From: Octopus sinensis
Taxonomy: Eukaryota
DNA: 64,000 nucleotides
Direction of reading: 5' to 3'
Assembly (NCBI RefSeq): GCF_006345805.1
Contig: NC_043006.1
Span: 62,062,001 to 62,126,000, forward strand
Shown one piece after another: positions 40,001-52,650 of this stretch. The position numbers were made by a program, and so were the translations under genes. The notes under the pieces were generated by a model. The model was not told where the DNA came from, ran no database searches, and saw only the letters and a list, made by a program, of their open reading frames with translations. Each line of letters starts with the position of its first letter. Position 1 is the stretch's first letter.

Positions 40001-40862
40001 TGTTTTGACTAATCTTGAAACGTACGTTCTCGAATAACCTTAGCATTTGATTTTTCGATGTCCTTACCCCCAACTTTTGTGAGTTGAATTAAGCAAACAC
40101 TATATATGAGAGAGATTTTCTTTAAGTATTAGAAATGGCCTTAAAAAAGTTTTTTAGCTGCTATTTCTAATGAGTTCAGTATGCGGCAAGTAATTTTATT
40201 TACTAAGCCCTTTTATATAATGTAATAATTTGAATTCGCCTTGAATGGTCCCTTTGCATACTGAACACTTGGTGAAATTGATTAATAATTAATTAATTTT
40301 GCCCTCAATTGTTGAAATTATAATTAATCTCCCTCTGATTAATGCTTAGGATTTTACCGAAATAAGCATAGTGTTTGATGATTTTAACCCACGCTGGTGG
40401 AAAGGGGAGAACAGAGATTCTTCGCTTGCTTATTTTGAATTTGTTGGCACTGTTAGTTGGGAGCAGATCTTCGAAGGGGTATGTTCTTATTTTCAGTGTT
40501 TCCAAATCCAAACCAAGGAATTTCTGAGCCGATGATAGAAATGTTGTTTTGACTAATCTTGAAACGTACGTTCTCGAATAACCTTAGCATTGATTTTTCG
40601 ATGTCCTTACCCCCAAACTTTTGTGAGTTGAATTAAGCAAACACTATATATGAGAGAGATTTTCTTTAAGTATTAGAAATGGCCTTAAAAAAGTTTTTTA
40701 GCTGCTATTTCTAATGAGTTCAGTATGCGGCAAGTAATTTATTTTACTAAGCCCTTTTATATAATGTATAATTTGAATTCGCCTTGAATGGTCCCTTTGC
40801 ATACTGAACACTTGGTGAAATTGATTAATAATTAATTAATTTTGCCCTCAATTGTTGAAATT
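37020..40862. repeat. Tandem array of a ~544-bp non-coding unit: ~3 units in one orientation, a fold-back, then ~4.2 units inverted
   Basis: Repeated ORF starts 37141/37684/38227 and 38671/39215/39761/40305 give periods of 543-546 bp; units differ mainly by 1-nt indels; unit junctions are TATATA. Confidence 0.95.
39425..39495 (+). ncRNA. Atypical type I hammerhead-like motif, one per 544-bp unit (representative copy)
   Basis: AAGG..TTC(T)GAG-CCGATGA-[25 nt]-GAAA-CGTACG-TT-CTCGAA..CCTT: extended helix I with an internal loop and palindromic helix III. Departures from consensus: U4C, a U.U at the base of helix II, a weak helix II and a GUU triplet. Confidence 0.5.
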
Positions 40863-40876
40863 ATATATATATATAT

Positions 40877-40925
<49 letters not shown>

Positions 40926-41030
40926 GTATATGTCCGTTGTAATAAAATAAAAATAAAAAGTAAAAATGAATTATATGAATATATATATTATATATATATA
41001 TATGCACATATATATGTATATGTCCGTTGT

Positions 41031-41061
<31 letters not shown>

Positions 41062-41560
41062 TGAATTTTTAAAAAGTTTCAATTTTAACCGTTGCCTACG
41101 AGAATAGTGAAATATATATGTGTAGATGGATAAGCGTATACTTTAAGATTATATGTGTATATATGTATACTTTAAGATTATATGTATATATGTGAGTGTG
41201 TATACGTGTTTATATGATTGTGCATCCTTGTATGTATATATAGGTATGTTTATATTTGCAGATATGTATCTTTGATATTGTTTCCATTCACCTTTAGGCG
41301 GTGGTGAGGCGGACACACGCACACACTCATGTATATACGTATATATATATATACGCCACGATATATCGTTAGCTACTACACACATTTTTTTCTCTCATTG
41401 TTTCTCTCCTTGTTTTGTCCTGTGTATCATTCTGTAGAAGAGCGTAGGCTCGAAACGTAAAAGACTTTTTCTATTCCTGAGCGGTATACTAATTCATCTG
41501 TTTGTTTGTACACCACCTGCTTTCGTCTTTTGTTTATTTTCGTAAACTTATTTTGGTACA

Positions 41561-41605
<45 letters not shown>

Positions 41606-42393
41606 TCTTTACACATACTCATACGTGCATACATGTGCACACTCATACACACGCGACACGTATACACACACGTACAGACACACATACACATACACGTAAA
41701 AATACGCATTAGTCTACATGTACGTACATATATATTAATCTATATATACTCATACGGGTATATATAACCACATATATGTATTTCAATATAATGCATCTCA
41801 ACATGTATGGATTTCTACATGTTAATGAGAAAAAGGAATGATTATTGATGGGTACTCCCGAGTGGAATCTGGGTGATACCCTATTCGGATTTACGGTTCA
41901 GGGTGGGTTTTTATTCCTGTATACAGACAACTTCAGTGACTTGTCTCAGTATTGCATCAGTGGAATGTGTAGATAAGTTGTCTAACCTAAGTCTCCCTAA
42001 GGAGGCATTGTGACAGTCTATAGCATGCTGATAGAAGACGATGTTTGTTTGTTTTTTTTGTAGTTTTCCAGGTGTACTTTGATGTTCCTAGACGTCTATC
42101 CAATATATGACTGAGATAATCTTTGCAAATCATATGTGGGTTTGTAGAACATACTGCACAATTATTCTGGCAGGTGATTCCATCAAATGGGTATGATTTA
42201 CTTAATACAGATTTGATAGTCCTATGGCTAACACAGTGTTATCACTACTTCCGTAGTAGATATAAGCCATTCAACCAAAGGTTGTATCACATGTATGGTA
42301 TATTTCTTCGTTGCTTATGGGAAAAACTGAAAAATAAATTTGAATATTTATTTTATGAGTGGTGTGTAAAAAATTGTGCATAAAGTATTTAAA

Positions 42394-42435
<42 letters not shown>

Positions 42436-42851
42436 TGAGTAATCATGGTATTCGAATTTCTTTCACTTTCCAATGAGTAACAAATGAGCGACTGTCTTTA
42501 CACACAGATACAACACAGGCTACGCTTTTAGACTTTTTGGATAAAATTTTCAGAAAAACCCAATAGGTTTACCATTAATTCCGAGAAATATTCAAGGGTC
42601 TCACTAGTATATATAAATGAATTATGAGCTAATGAAACTTCCACTGGTATGCGTTATCCTTCAATATACATAGCAAAATAAATATATCAAACATATGATA
42701 ACTGTTTTAATTACAATTATATATGAAACACACTCAGGAAATTCATGTACACTGCGCAGACACACAGTTACAATGAGTTAAATATGAACTGTACTCGAAA
42801 ATATCAAATTTTAACGTTCCTTTAATTACAACATGAAATTTTGAATCATTA

Positions 42852-43210
42852 TAAATATTGTAAGGACTCCAAATTTGCCATCAAGATGTAGGACAAGATA
42901 CTGTGATAGCCTGGGCTTCAGAGGCCCACAGCTCTTCAATATCCTCCCGAAGAACCTGAGGGACCTGCATGGTGTAGATGCGGATGTCTTTAAAGTAGGA
43001 CTGGATCTCTTCCTGTCAGGTGTCCCGGATGAACCAACTTCACGGCAGGAGGTGCAGATGAGGGCAGCTGCATCGAACTCTCTCATGCACCAAATGGCAG
43101 TTGCTAAAAAGCATTCGTGAGGTAAAATCATGTAGCAAACCAAATGGCGGTGCCCCAGCATGGCCACAGCTCATGAGTTGAAACTGGAAAAATCAAAATC
43201 AAAATCAAAT
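42852..43210 (+). pseudogene. 3' end of a CR1-type LINE (ORF2 C-terminus, 3' UTR, (AAAATC)n tail)
   Basis: CDSLGFRGPQLFNILPKNLRDL..FKVGLDLFLSGVPDEP..AASNSL; stop at 43118-43120. Confidence 0.85.
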
Positions 43211-46200
43211 ATCTATGTAGTATTGCGAGGCGAATCATTGATTAAATTCAACAGTTTATTGTTTCTCTATGATCGATCAGTGTTAATGATTATAAAATCT
43301 ATCATAGCTATGTAGTTGTTTAATGTCATTCGTAAAATAGCCAAACAGATAACAGTGTCATGATAAGTGATCAACATATGTAATGTTCGTTAAGAGACTG
43401 TAAATTGCAATTTTATTCATAATAACTATTACATGCATGGAACCATATTATAAAATTTCATCGAATGCATGTCCAGGTTTGACATATACAATAAAATGCT
43501 AATCTTTACATAGCTAAATGAATTCCAATATATATTACAAAACGGATATTGACAGAGAATTATCTTATTTTCTTTCAAATTAACACATTTAGGCAAAATG
43601 TACAATGTTTAGGCATATGCAGCCTCCCACATTATTGAATATCAGTTACATAGAAATAAATTCTATATACATACAGCGTTTTGACATATACATGCGTGTA
43701 TTTATTTATAATATAATTCAAAAATATAGATGGTGCAAAAAGGTTACACGATTTACTGGAGCAAACTAATCAGTTTGACAAAATTTTATACCAGAGACAG
43801 ATTAATATGATTCAGAATCGTCTTACATGTTTTTACTTATTCGGCCAAGATAAGTTACAACAAAATGGAGGACAAATTTCACCAACGGTAACCGATGTCG
43901 AATTACGGGTAGCTTTGAATATCTTTGTTGTTAATGCCCAGTTAAATGTGGAAGTGATTAGAATGTAGAATAATAAGCCAGATTATGTCACTTACTTGTC
44001 ATGATAATTGAATATACCAAGGATATGGTAGATACACCGATACTATTTCAGGAGGAGACAACGATGAATAAGACACATAAAAGTTAAAGAATAAACTAAT
44101 TTTGCCCCGAAGTTTATGCCCACAAATTAGAAAACGAGTACAGCATTACGAGAGTCCTGAAGAATGGAATATGATTTCTGCTTTGGGTTGAGTGCCTTTT
44201 GTCACAAGCGAAGTAAAATACAGGAATACTTCATAAGCTTTTTGAAATTTTTCTCTAATACATTTACGAAAGAATGTTTATAAGTTTGTAAATGCTATAA
44301 GATTAACATATTACTTTCTCGTTAAAAGGTGCTCTGACAAGTAATCAAAAGAGAAACAAAATACAGACAGTCTCAAAAATATGAGTAGATTTTTTCGCAG
44401 GCATATAGATGTACTTCCAAATACCAGAGGCAGTTGTCAAACTCTTGGTGTCGCACTTGCATTTCCTGTAAATGAGGTTGCCTACACGTGAAACTTCACA
44501 ATAAAATATCAGACATACGAAAACAACAGTAAGACAGGGTACGCCAGAGCCGTGCAGATGTTTCTAAGAATCTTGAACCTACAAGGCGGGTAGCAATCTA
44601 GAAGAGGAAAAATGTTATAAAAATACCACTTACGACAACATCTGTTTATTGAAAGAACCTATCTTCTGGACAATCTAAACCCTCAGCTTACTAGAAAAAA
44701 ATGTCTCTATCATTACATATGAAATTATAGCAAACGGAAATCTCATTTAAGAGTCTGCTTTGAGATGAGTTATGGCACTACCCTACATCACAATGTGAAT
44801 GTCAACTACACTAGGACCCAATTATGCAATTGGCTTATGGCAGTCGATAAAAGCAGTATACTTGGGATGCTTAAGGTACGGTGCATCTCGTATGACACTG
44901 TAGCCAAACAGCAGTGGCCATATTTGTTTTATGACTTGTATACGAATCAGATGGAAATAAGGAATCGATTGTGCAACACATGTGTGTGTGGGGCTGGATT
45001 TTCCTACATCTTCCAGATTTACATATCTGTACAGTCTCCGTATAAAATGTCCATAATTAATGCAAGAATTCAACGTTACTAAACCAAGTATAGTCGGTAC
45101 ATTACTACTATCTGAGTGCGAGAGAGTTAGAAATTCAAACAAAAATATGAAAGTCAAAAGAGATAGAAGACCCAGAAACCTCTACGTGTAGCCGAAACGT
45201 ACGAAATCCTCAGCGGTTTGTTTATAGCAGTCTGCTAAGGACGACTAGTACTCGACAATTACAGCAAGAGGAGTAGAAAGGCCAAATGTGATGGGTGAAA
45301 CAGGGTAAAAAGGGATCATAGTGAAACGGAGGGTAAAGAAAGCGAGACAGGTCTGTGTAAAAGCAGTGTGATGGCCTGCACAGTCTAAATAAGACCACTG
45401 TACGAAAGGAATCTCTGAAATACTGACAGGAAAATTTCTGTTCGACGTGTGTTGTTGCCAATATTTTTCCAATGAAAATAATTTCCAAACCTGAAGAGGA
45501 AAAGACAACGCATCCTGCAAGCATTGCGAAGAATCTATCTACACACTGAATGCATTTAAATACTTACAAATCGCTGATTCAAACAAGAGACACTGCCATG
45601 TATTTACAGAAATTGTCCAGACGATACACCTACAGAGTTTTAAATGTAACAAGAAGCAAGCATTACAACAAATCTTTTAGCGAATATATTGTAAGACTCT
45701 TAAGAAAAAGATGCTGCCTGATCCCGTCTTCCATTCTGCAGCATGTCTCTGACTAGGGAACAGAGGTGAGTCTGGAGAATAGACACAGCCTTACAGAAGT
45801 AGGGTAGTAAAACCAGTTCAAACGGAGATGGTCCCTCTATCAAAGAGTTCAGAAAAATTGCCATGAAGGAACTCACAGTGACCTGCGAAGTCCGACTTAA
45901 CATTTCTCGCCAACTAGAGGAATTTGATTATCACGAAGTCCTCGACGATGTTTTTTCAATAGAAGGCATGCAACCGGCATTCCATTTAAGTGCTGCTGCA
46001 GTTTTCCATCTGGTTTGGGCGTGATATTTCCTGAATAACTTTGGTTAAGAATAAATACAACTAAAGAGATCCACCAGCAAAGTAGCCATGGCAGCTTAGA
46101 CAAACTCGAGAGGATTGGGGGTGAAAAGAGAACGCAAACGGAAAACTTCTGTAAGTGAAATCTAATTCAATCTACGATGCTCTACATGGAAAACCATACA

Positions 46201-47371
46201 AATTAAGTGGTGAAACGTTCGTGACACTGAGATACCTGCTAAGTTAACAGAAGTGTTTCTAAAACTGTGATAGCTCTATGACATTCCGGATAGTAGTTCT
46301 ATGTTTATGTATCATCCTGTTTTTCCACAATGTGGGGTATAATATCTATGCTTTTCAACAGTTCACATATTTTGGATGGGTTTACAACAAATAAGGAAGA
46401 AATATACTATGTACTTAGGTGGCAAATTGTAAACTTTACCAATCCTTTCTTAGTGACCATATCAAGTCAACTAAATATAATCCGATATTTATTCAGATAG
46501 CTTCAACTTAATAACAAAATTGTAAGCCATTTTATGGGATACCGGGTGCCCAAACCCACCTCCATAATATTTCCTACAATACAGCATGCCGTTGAGTTGC
46601 TTGCAACAGAAAGTGTGTTCATGCCATGAGAAATCTAAGGATTTGCTCTGAGATCTTCGTTGGAGATGGAAAAGTTGTTTACTCAGTTTATAGGTAAATA
46701 GGCTAGGAGTATTGAGACTGTAAAATTCTATTATAGCAATGTAAAATATGAAAAGGAAATGATGACCCCGAGGGAAAATATGATATTTCATAGTGAAATG
46801 TTGAGAGCGAAAAGAAATTAAAAAGAAAGTTTGAAAAAGAAAATAAGAATAACAAAGAAGTGCTATACTTAAAGGCATGTTATATAGCTCATATTGCTGA
46901 CATTTATATGTAATTTCCAGCATCAGATGGGAAAAACATTGTATGCATTCTTGGCATTTTGTTCCATATCTTCTCATATTGCTATAAAATTACTTATAGC
47001 AGCACAGATTTAATGTAAAAACTCCAGTAATTTTGCAAAACACTTTATCTTTATACTTGAGCTTAATTTACACTTGTTGGTGTCCGCCCGGATGTGCTCC
47101 TGAAAATGGATATGTTGACATGCATCTTTCAAGCAACATATTTTTAATTAGTGACACTAGCATTCTCCATTCACTAGGAACTACTGATAACTTTAATCTG
47201 AGTCTCTCATTAATGACTACAATTGCAGTTCTTATGATAAAATAATTCTGATCGCCCTCAACCTGATTTTAACGAGACCATTATTTTCTTCATCTTTTAA
47301 GGAATGCTTGGTTTAAATTTCATAAATAAACACAACGCACACACACATTCACACACAGACACATACATACG

Positions 47372-47453
<82 letters not shown>

Positions 47454-47809
47454 CACACACACATATGTACAGGTATGTACATAAGTACATATACATATAT
47501 TATATATATAATCAATAATTATAAAGGGTAAAATTTAGTTAATCAATTAATAATTAATATTTTGTCAAGTATTTCGGTATGTTAAAAGAACCATGCTCGG
47601 CAACATTATACAAAAATTCTATAATTATGAGCATAATTCTAATTAGAGTTCAACAAAAACTGCTTCATCAAATAACGAAATTTAGAAATAGCAGTTAAAT
47701 ACTATTCCACTACAATAAGATATCTCCCAGACATTGTATATATATATATATATTATATATATATATATATATATATGTTATAATCTTTACACCTAACAAT
47801 TCAGGGCAG

Positions 47810-48062
47810 AAGCATGTGGTTTAGTGTTTAGTGTGTTGGACTGGTGATCGTAAATTTGAAGATTCCTGAACCTGGAGATTCGTTGTATCCCTGAACAAAA
47901 TAATTCATTTCACGTTGCTCCAGTCCACACAGCTGGCAAAAATGATTATTCCTGTGACAGAACGGCGTCTCCTGCAGTGGATACTTATATACGCCACACT
48001 TAGAGGAAATCTGGCCGTATGAGTCTATACGGTTCCAGAAGGAGTTTTGTCCAGCCTTTTAT
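47810..48062 (+). mobile_element. Degenerate CORE-like tRNA SINE with a different 3' half from family A
   Basis: GCATGTGGTTTAGTGTTTAG head and CATTTCACGTTGCTCCAGTCCACACAGCTGGCAAAAATG core matching 24655-24690. Confidence 0.6.
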
Positions 48063-48282
48063 CCCAAACAATTCTGGCAGTATTACCAACATGATAAAAA
48101 GTCTAAAATCCATTTTTGATGTAAATGACAATATCAGGAGAAAGTGTATAATTAATGTATTTTCCTGAAGGAAACCACTATATAAAACATTACTGCAAAG
48201 GCAAAAGCATTTTGCCTGATGTGCTAATGATTCTAATAGCTCGCCACCCTAAAATCGCGTTTAATGTCAATGTACTCTAACG

Positions 48283-48500
48283 CTGCAAGCAAGTAGAATC
48301 TTTAAGCACGCCCGGTATGATTCTTAGTGGTAGTTCATATATGTATACATTCTAAGTTGATAAATTTCGCCGGGGTCGACTTTGCCTTTCCTCCTTTTGG
48401 GACTGATAAGATACGTACCTGTTAAGCATCGAGGACGATATAATCGCCTTAGACACTTCCCCTAAATTGCTGGCATTCTGCCAAAATTTGAAACGAGTAT
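48283..48500 (+). mobile_element. Degenerate SINE family C
   Basis: GCACGCCCGG..GGGGTCGACTTTGCCTTTCCTCCTTTTGGG..GATAAGATACGTACC matches the reverse complement of 53517-53752. Confidence 0.7.
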
Positions 48501-49204
48501 TAGTGCGCTATTTCGCTACCTTTAATTTTTTTAATATTGCTCGAAATTATTTCGCCTCAAAATGTAACGCTAATACTTTTTATATATAAACATTGTGGCT
48601 GCCCCCTCATTGTCGAGTATGACCATTGCACGAAGCATAATAAATGTTGTTATCGTGCAATGGCTGTGCAAGAAGATCTTTTTTATAGTGAGGAAAGGCT
48701 GTGCACTGAGTCAAACCCACTCACTAAGCAAGAGCAACCATAATGAGAAAAGAAGAACAAGTCAACCTCATCGGTAACCACTCAGCCGCAGGTTTTATGT
48801 CGGAGTTATCCCAGTTGCCTTCACCTAGAGGGATGCCCTAACAAAGGCTAGGAGTCCTTCACTCCCAATGGTTTAAACGCGCGATCGGGTATTCAGTCCG
48901 ATTATTTTTATGTCCACGCGCATGATACAGTCTTAAGACATTACTTGGATGGCCGTTGACTCTCAAGAGTTCCTCTGCCCTTTCATGGGTTTTGTTTTTC
49001 GTCCCGCAAGGTGTCCAATAAACACCCTCCCCACCAAGAAAGCTTGGAGGGGTTGCCGGTTTAGTCGCCGACGACCCGACAATGTAGCAGGTTGTACTGC
49101 GTTACATGTTACCAGTAGCACTCGAAAAAGACATGACAAATTATATATATATATAAACATACATAAATATATAAATATATATACATATATATATATATAT
49201 TAAA

Positions 49205-49454
49205 AACATGTTATACTATTCCACAGTCATACCAACACATATATATGTATATATATATATATATAAATATATATACACATATATATACACGTGCATATAT
49301 TATTTGTTTATATATGCATGTGTGTGTGTCTTCGTCTCTCTCTCTCTCCATGCATGAACACACACACACATACGTACACGAACATGTCTGCGTAAAATAA
49401 ACATGTATGCAAAAGGTGTACGTACGTACGTGTGTGTATGTGAATGTGTTGCCC

Positions 49455-49491
<37 letters not shown>

Positions 49492-49603
49492 AATTTCAAC
49501 GGATTTCGCCAAAATTCGACTTTGATGTTACTTAGTTTGGTTTGAACATGATTAGCTTAATAATCTTAACTTAATCTCGGACAAAGCCGGGTTATACAGC
49601 TAG
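49205..49603 (+). mobile_element. Short non-autonomous Helitron-like element with a 3' terminus; 5' boundary approximate
   Basis: Hairpin CTCGG-acaaag-CCGGG (49576-49591) followed 8 nt later by CTAG^T (49600-49603). Confidence 0.6.
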
Positions 49604-50039
49604 TATGTATAATAAATGCGGAACTAATTTCTTTGCGTCAGTTTGTCAGATTTTGACCCCCTCTCTCACTATCCAATGACACTTCGTCCTGTTGGGGTGG
49701 GAGTAATAGTAGGCAAAGAGATGGTGAGAGAAAGAGAGCCAAAGAAATTAAGGGAGAGTTGATGATGTTTTATTAAAAATAGTAGTGTTGATAGTTGCAG
49801 TGGGAGTAATAATAAGAGTGAGGAAGAGAGTGAATATGTGAGAAAAAGAGGGGGATGATGTACAACTTTCCTGGACTGAATTATTGTGGCCAACATATTG
49901 AACCAGCTATTGAACACACACACACATATAGATATATATATATATACATATATGTGTGTGTTTGTATGTGCGTGTGAGTGAATGTCCGTGTATGTGTGTG
50001 TGTACAAATAAACATATACATACACACACATACACATAA

Positions 50040-50075
<36 letters not shown>

Positions 50076-50994
50076 TTATATATATATATATACGTATATA
50101 TATATATATGCCTAAATACAATCATGTATACAAAATTACATACATATCTTAATATTTCAGCACTTCCATCTCAAACTTTCTGCACTTTTTGCAAATATTT
50201 TGATTTAAATTATCCATATTACATTCGATTATTGCGTTAATTCTATAGAAGTATCAGTAAGCTTCAGTTAAACACCGAAACTTTTCTGGTGAACCGCAAA
50301 TTATGACGCTGTAGTTTATCTCTAATTGGCGGCATCATCTTTATTGCTCTCATCTTCTCTATATGATCAATTAAAGGCTGCTATTTATATAGAATTTAAG
50401 AAAATCTTTCATCCCTGAATTATTGGTCTTTAATGACTTTAATAATGTTCAACAGCAGCTTCGAATTAATGACGTTTGGAAATTTGGATTATAATCAAAC
50501 GATGATTAGACTGATAATTACTCGATAATTTTCCTATCTTTCTTGCAATTAGTTCACTTCTATGCCGTATAACAGATGCGATAAAATCAGTTTTAAATTA
50601 TGTTTTAAATTAGGATCATTAAAATGAAATTCAAACTTTTAAAGATATAACTATATTAAAAATAAATTGTAAATTCCTTGAAATTCCATTATGTTTCTGC
50701 AAACACATAATTGCTAGAGACATCAAAAATTTGAAGGCCTTAATTTCTTTCCTTGTATAATTCATATTAAAAGTGCGCCCCATATAAACGAGAAAATTAC
50801 GTTCACCGCATATTTTTTTATTATTTCTAAAGCATATTTTATATTTACACATATACTCATATAGAGATAGATAAATAGATAGGCATGGGGAGAGAGACAT
50901 AGATCAGTATGCATATGCGTCTCTCTCTCTCTCTCTCTCTCTCACTATATATATATATATATGTATGTATATGTATATGTATATATAATAAAAA

Positions 50995-51006
50995 TAATAA
51001 TAATAA

Positions 51007-51068
<62 letters not shown>

Positions 51069-51073
51069 AAGAA

Positions 51074-51120
<47 letters not shown>

Positions 51121-51130
51121 AGAAGAAGGA
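50995..51130. repeat. (AAT)n-(AAG)n microsatellite
   Basis: Directly visible. Confidence 0.95.
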
Positions 51131-51211
51131 GGGGGAATATTATTCTAAACTTACAGGGAAAAATTCAAGTTAGAAATACTAAATCAAATTTCACAAAATA
51201 TATCTCTCATT

Positions 51212-51401
51212 TTCTCTTTTAATTGTTTCAGTCATTTGACTGTGGCCATGCTGGAGCACCGCCTTTAGTCAAGCAAATCGACCCCAGGACTTATTGTTTT
51301 TAAGCCTTGTACTTATTCTATCGGTCTCTTTTGCCGAACTGATAAGTGACGGCGACATAAACATACCAGCATCGGTTGTCAAGCAATGCTAGGGGGACAA
51401 A
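51212..51401 (-). mobile_element. SINE family B, 3' half
   Basis: Reverse complement of the tail AAGGCGGTGCTCCAGCATGGCCACAGTCAAATGACTGAAAC and of the body. Confidence 0.85.
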
Positions 51402-51429
51402 GTATATATATATTATATATATATAGTTT

Positions 51430-52650
51430 GGATATAAGTTTGGATTTACTCCCTAATATTATTATTATTATTATTATATAGTTATATATATATAATATAT
51501 ATATATAATAATAATAATATAATAATAATAATATAATAATAATAATATAATAATAATAATAATAGGGAGTAAATCCAAACTTACAGGGAAAATTAGATTA
51601 AGGATTAAAACCAATTTCATAGTATAATATATATATATATATTATATATTATATTAATTAGAGATAAAACCACTATTAGGCAAATCAAATAGTGAAAAAC
51701 ATAAACCAATACATTGAAATAAAATTAATTAATAAAAAATTTATAAAATATAAAATTCAAAATTTGAAATATTTAAATTAAAGTTAAAATGTTTTAAATT
51801 ATTTAAATTAATAATTTATACTTATAAATTTTTAAATATATATATATATATATTATTATTTTATTTGTTTATTTATTAAATTATTAATTTTTTTTATTAA
51901 AAAGTATTAAAAGTTTAATATTAATATTTAATATCTAATATTTTTATAAAAAAGTATTTAAGTATATCTTCAATGTGATGTAAGACCTGCGTCAGACAGT
52001 CCCTGCCACAGTGTGAAAGCTATACTGATTTTCATTTAGGAGTTTGTGGGACTCCAGGAAATCAGCTATCCTTGATCTTACCACTCATTCAAACACTTTA
52101 ATGGTGTGGGGGGTGAGTGAGATTGGGCGATAGTTGACTGTGAGGGATCGAAAGAAAATTTAATAATTTAATAAATAAATAAATAAATAAAATTTAATAA
52201 ATAAATAAATAAATAAAATTTTACAAGTATAAATTATTAATTCAAATAATTTTAAAAATTTTAACTTTAATTTAAATATTTTCAATTCCTATTTTATATA
52301 TGTTTTATTAATTAATTTTATTTCTATGTATTGGTTTATGTTTTTCACTATTTGATTTGCCTAATAGTTGTTTTATCTCTAATTTAATATAATATATATA
52401 TATATATATATATTATTATTTTATTTATTTATTTATTAAATTATTAAATATTTTTTTCGATCCCTCGCAGTCAACTATCGCCCAATCTCCCTCACCTCCC
52501 ACACCATTAAAGTATTTGAATGAGTGGTAAGATCAAGGATAGCTGACTTCCTGGAGACCCACAGACTCCTAAATGAAAATCAGCATGGCTTTCACTCTGT
52601 GGCAGGGACTGTCTGAAGCAGCTCTTACACCACATTGAAGATATACTTAA
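51430..52650. repeat. Cluster of inverted duplications separated by (TA)n/(TAA)n tracts
   Basis: 51440-51465 vs 51563-51585; 51655-51840 vs 52215-52390; 51955-52200 vs 52400-52650. Confidence 0.8.

Larger units (their letters stand above)
36498..41549. repeat. ~5-kb imperfect palindrome centred at 38602 (flanks ~36498-37000 and ~40995-41549 enclosing the tandem array)
   Basis: The flanks are reverse complements with scattered substitutions and a right-arm-only insertion near 41285-41345. Confidence 0.85.

Noticed and set aside
37141-40511. Repeated ORFs MLNSTHKSLG.. and MDLETLKIRT.. as a tandem gene family
   Set aside because: Non-ATG starts, frames vary between units through 1-nt indels, and no recognisable domain.
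37020-40862. CRISPR array or prokaryotic contamination
   Set aside because: Long identical units without unique spacers, no cas genes, and a fully eukaryotic repeat context.
44540-45210. Very decayed PLE endonuclease with an HHR-like TAGAAGA..GAAACGTACG near 45165-45205
   Set aside because: Only vague motif echoes and no helix I or II pairing; needs a tblastx hit before it can be claimed.
45240-46130. GC-richer stretch with CKHCEE, possibly a retroelement C-terminus
   Set aside because: One short motif among many stops; could not be assigned.
48780-49135. GC-richer segments that look like repeat or ribozyme-bearing LINE ends
   Set aside because: No second copy in the window and no structure I could verify by eye.
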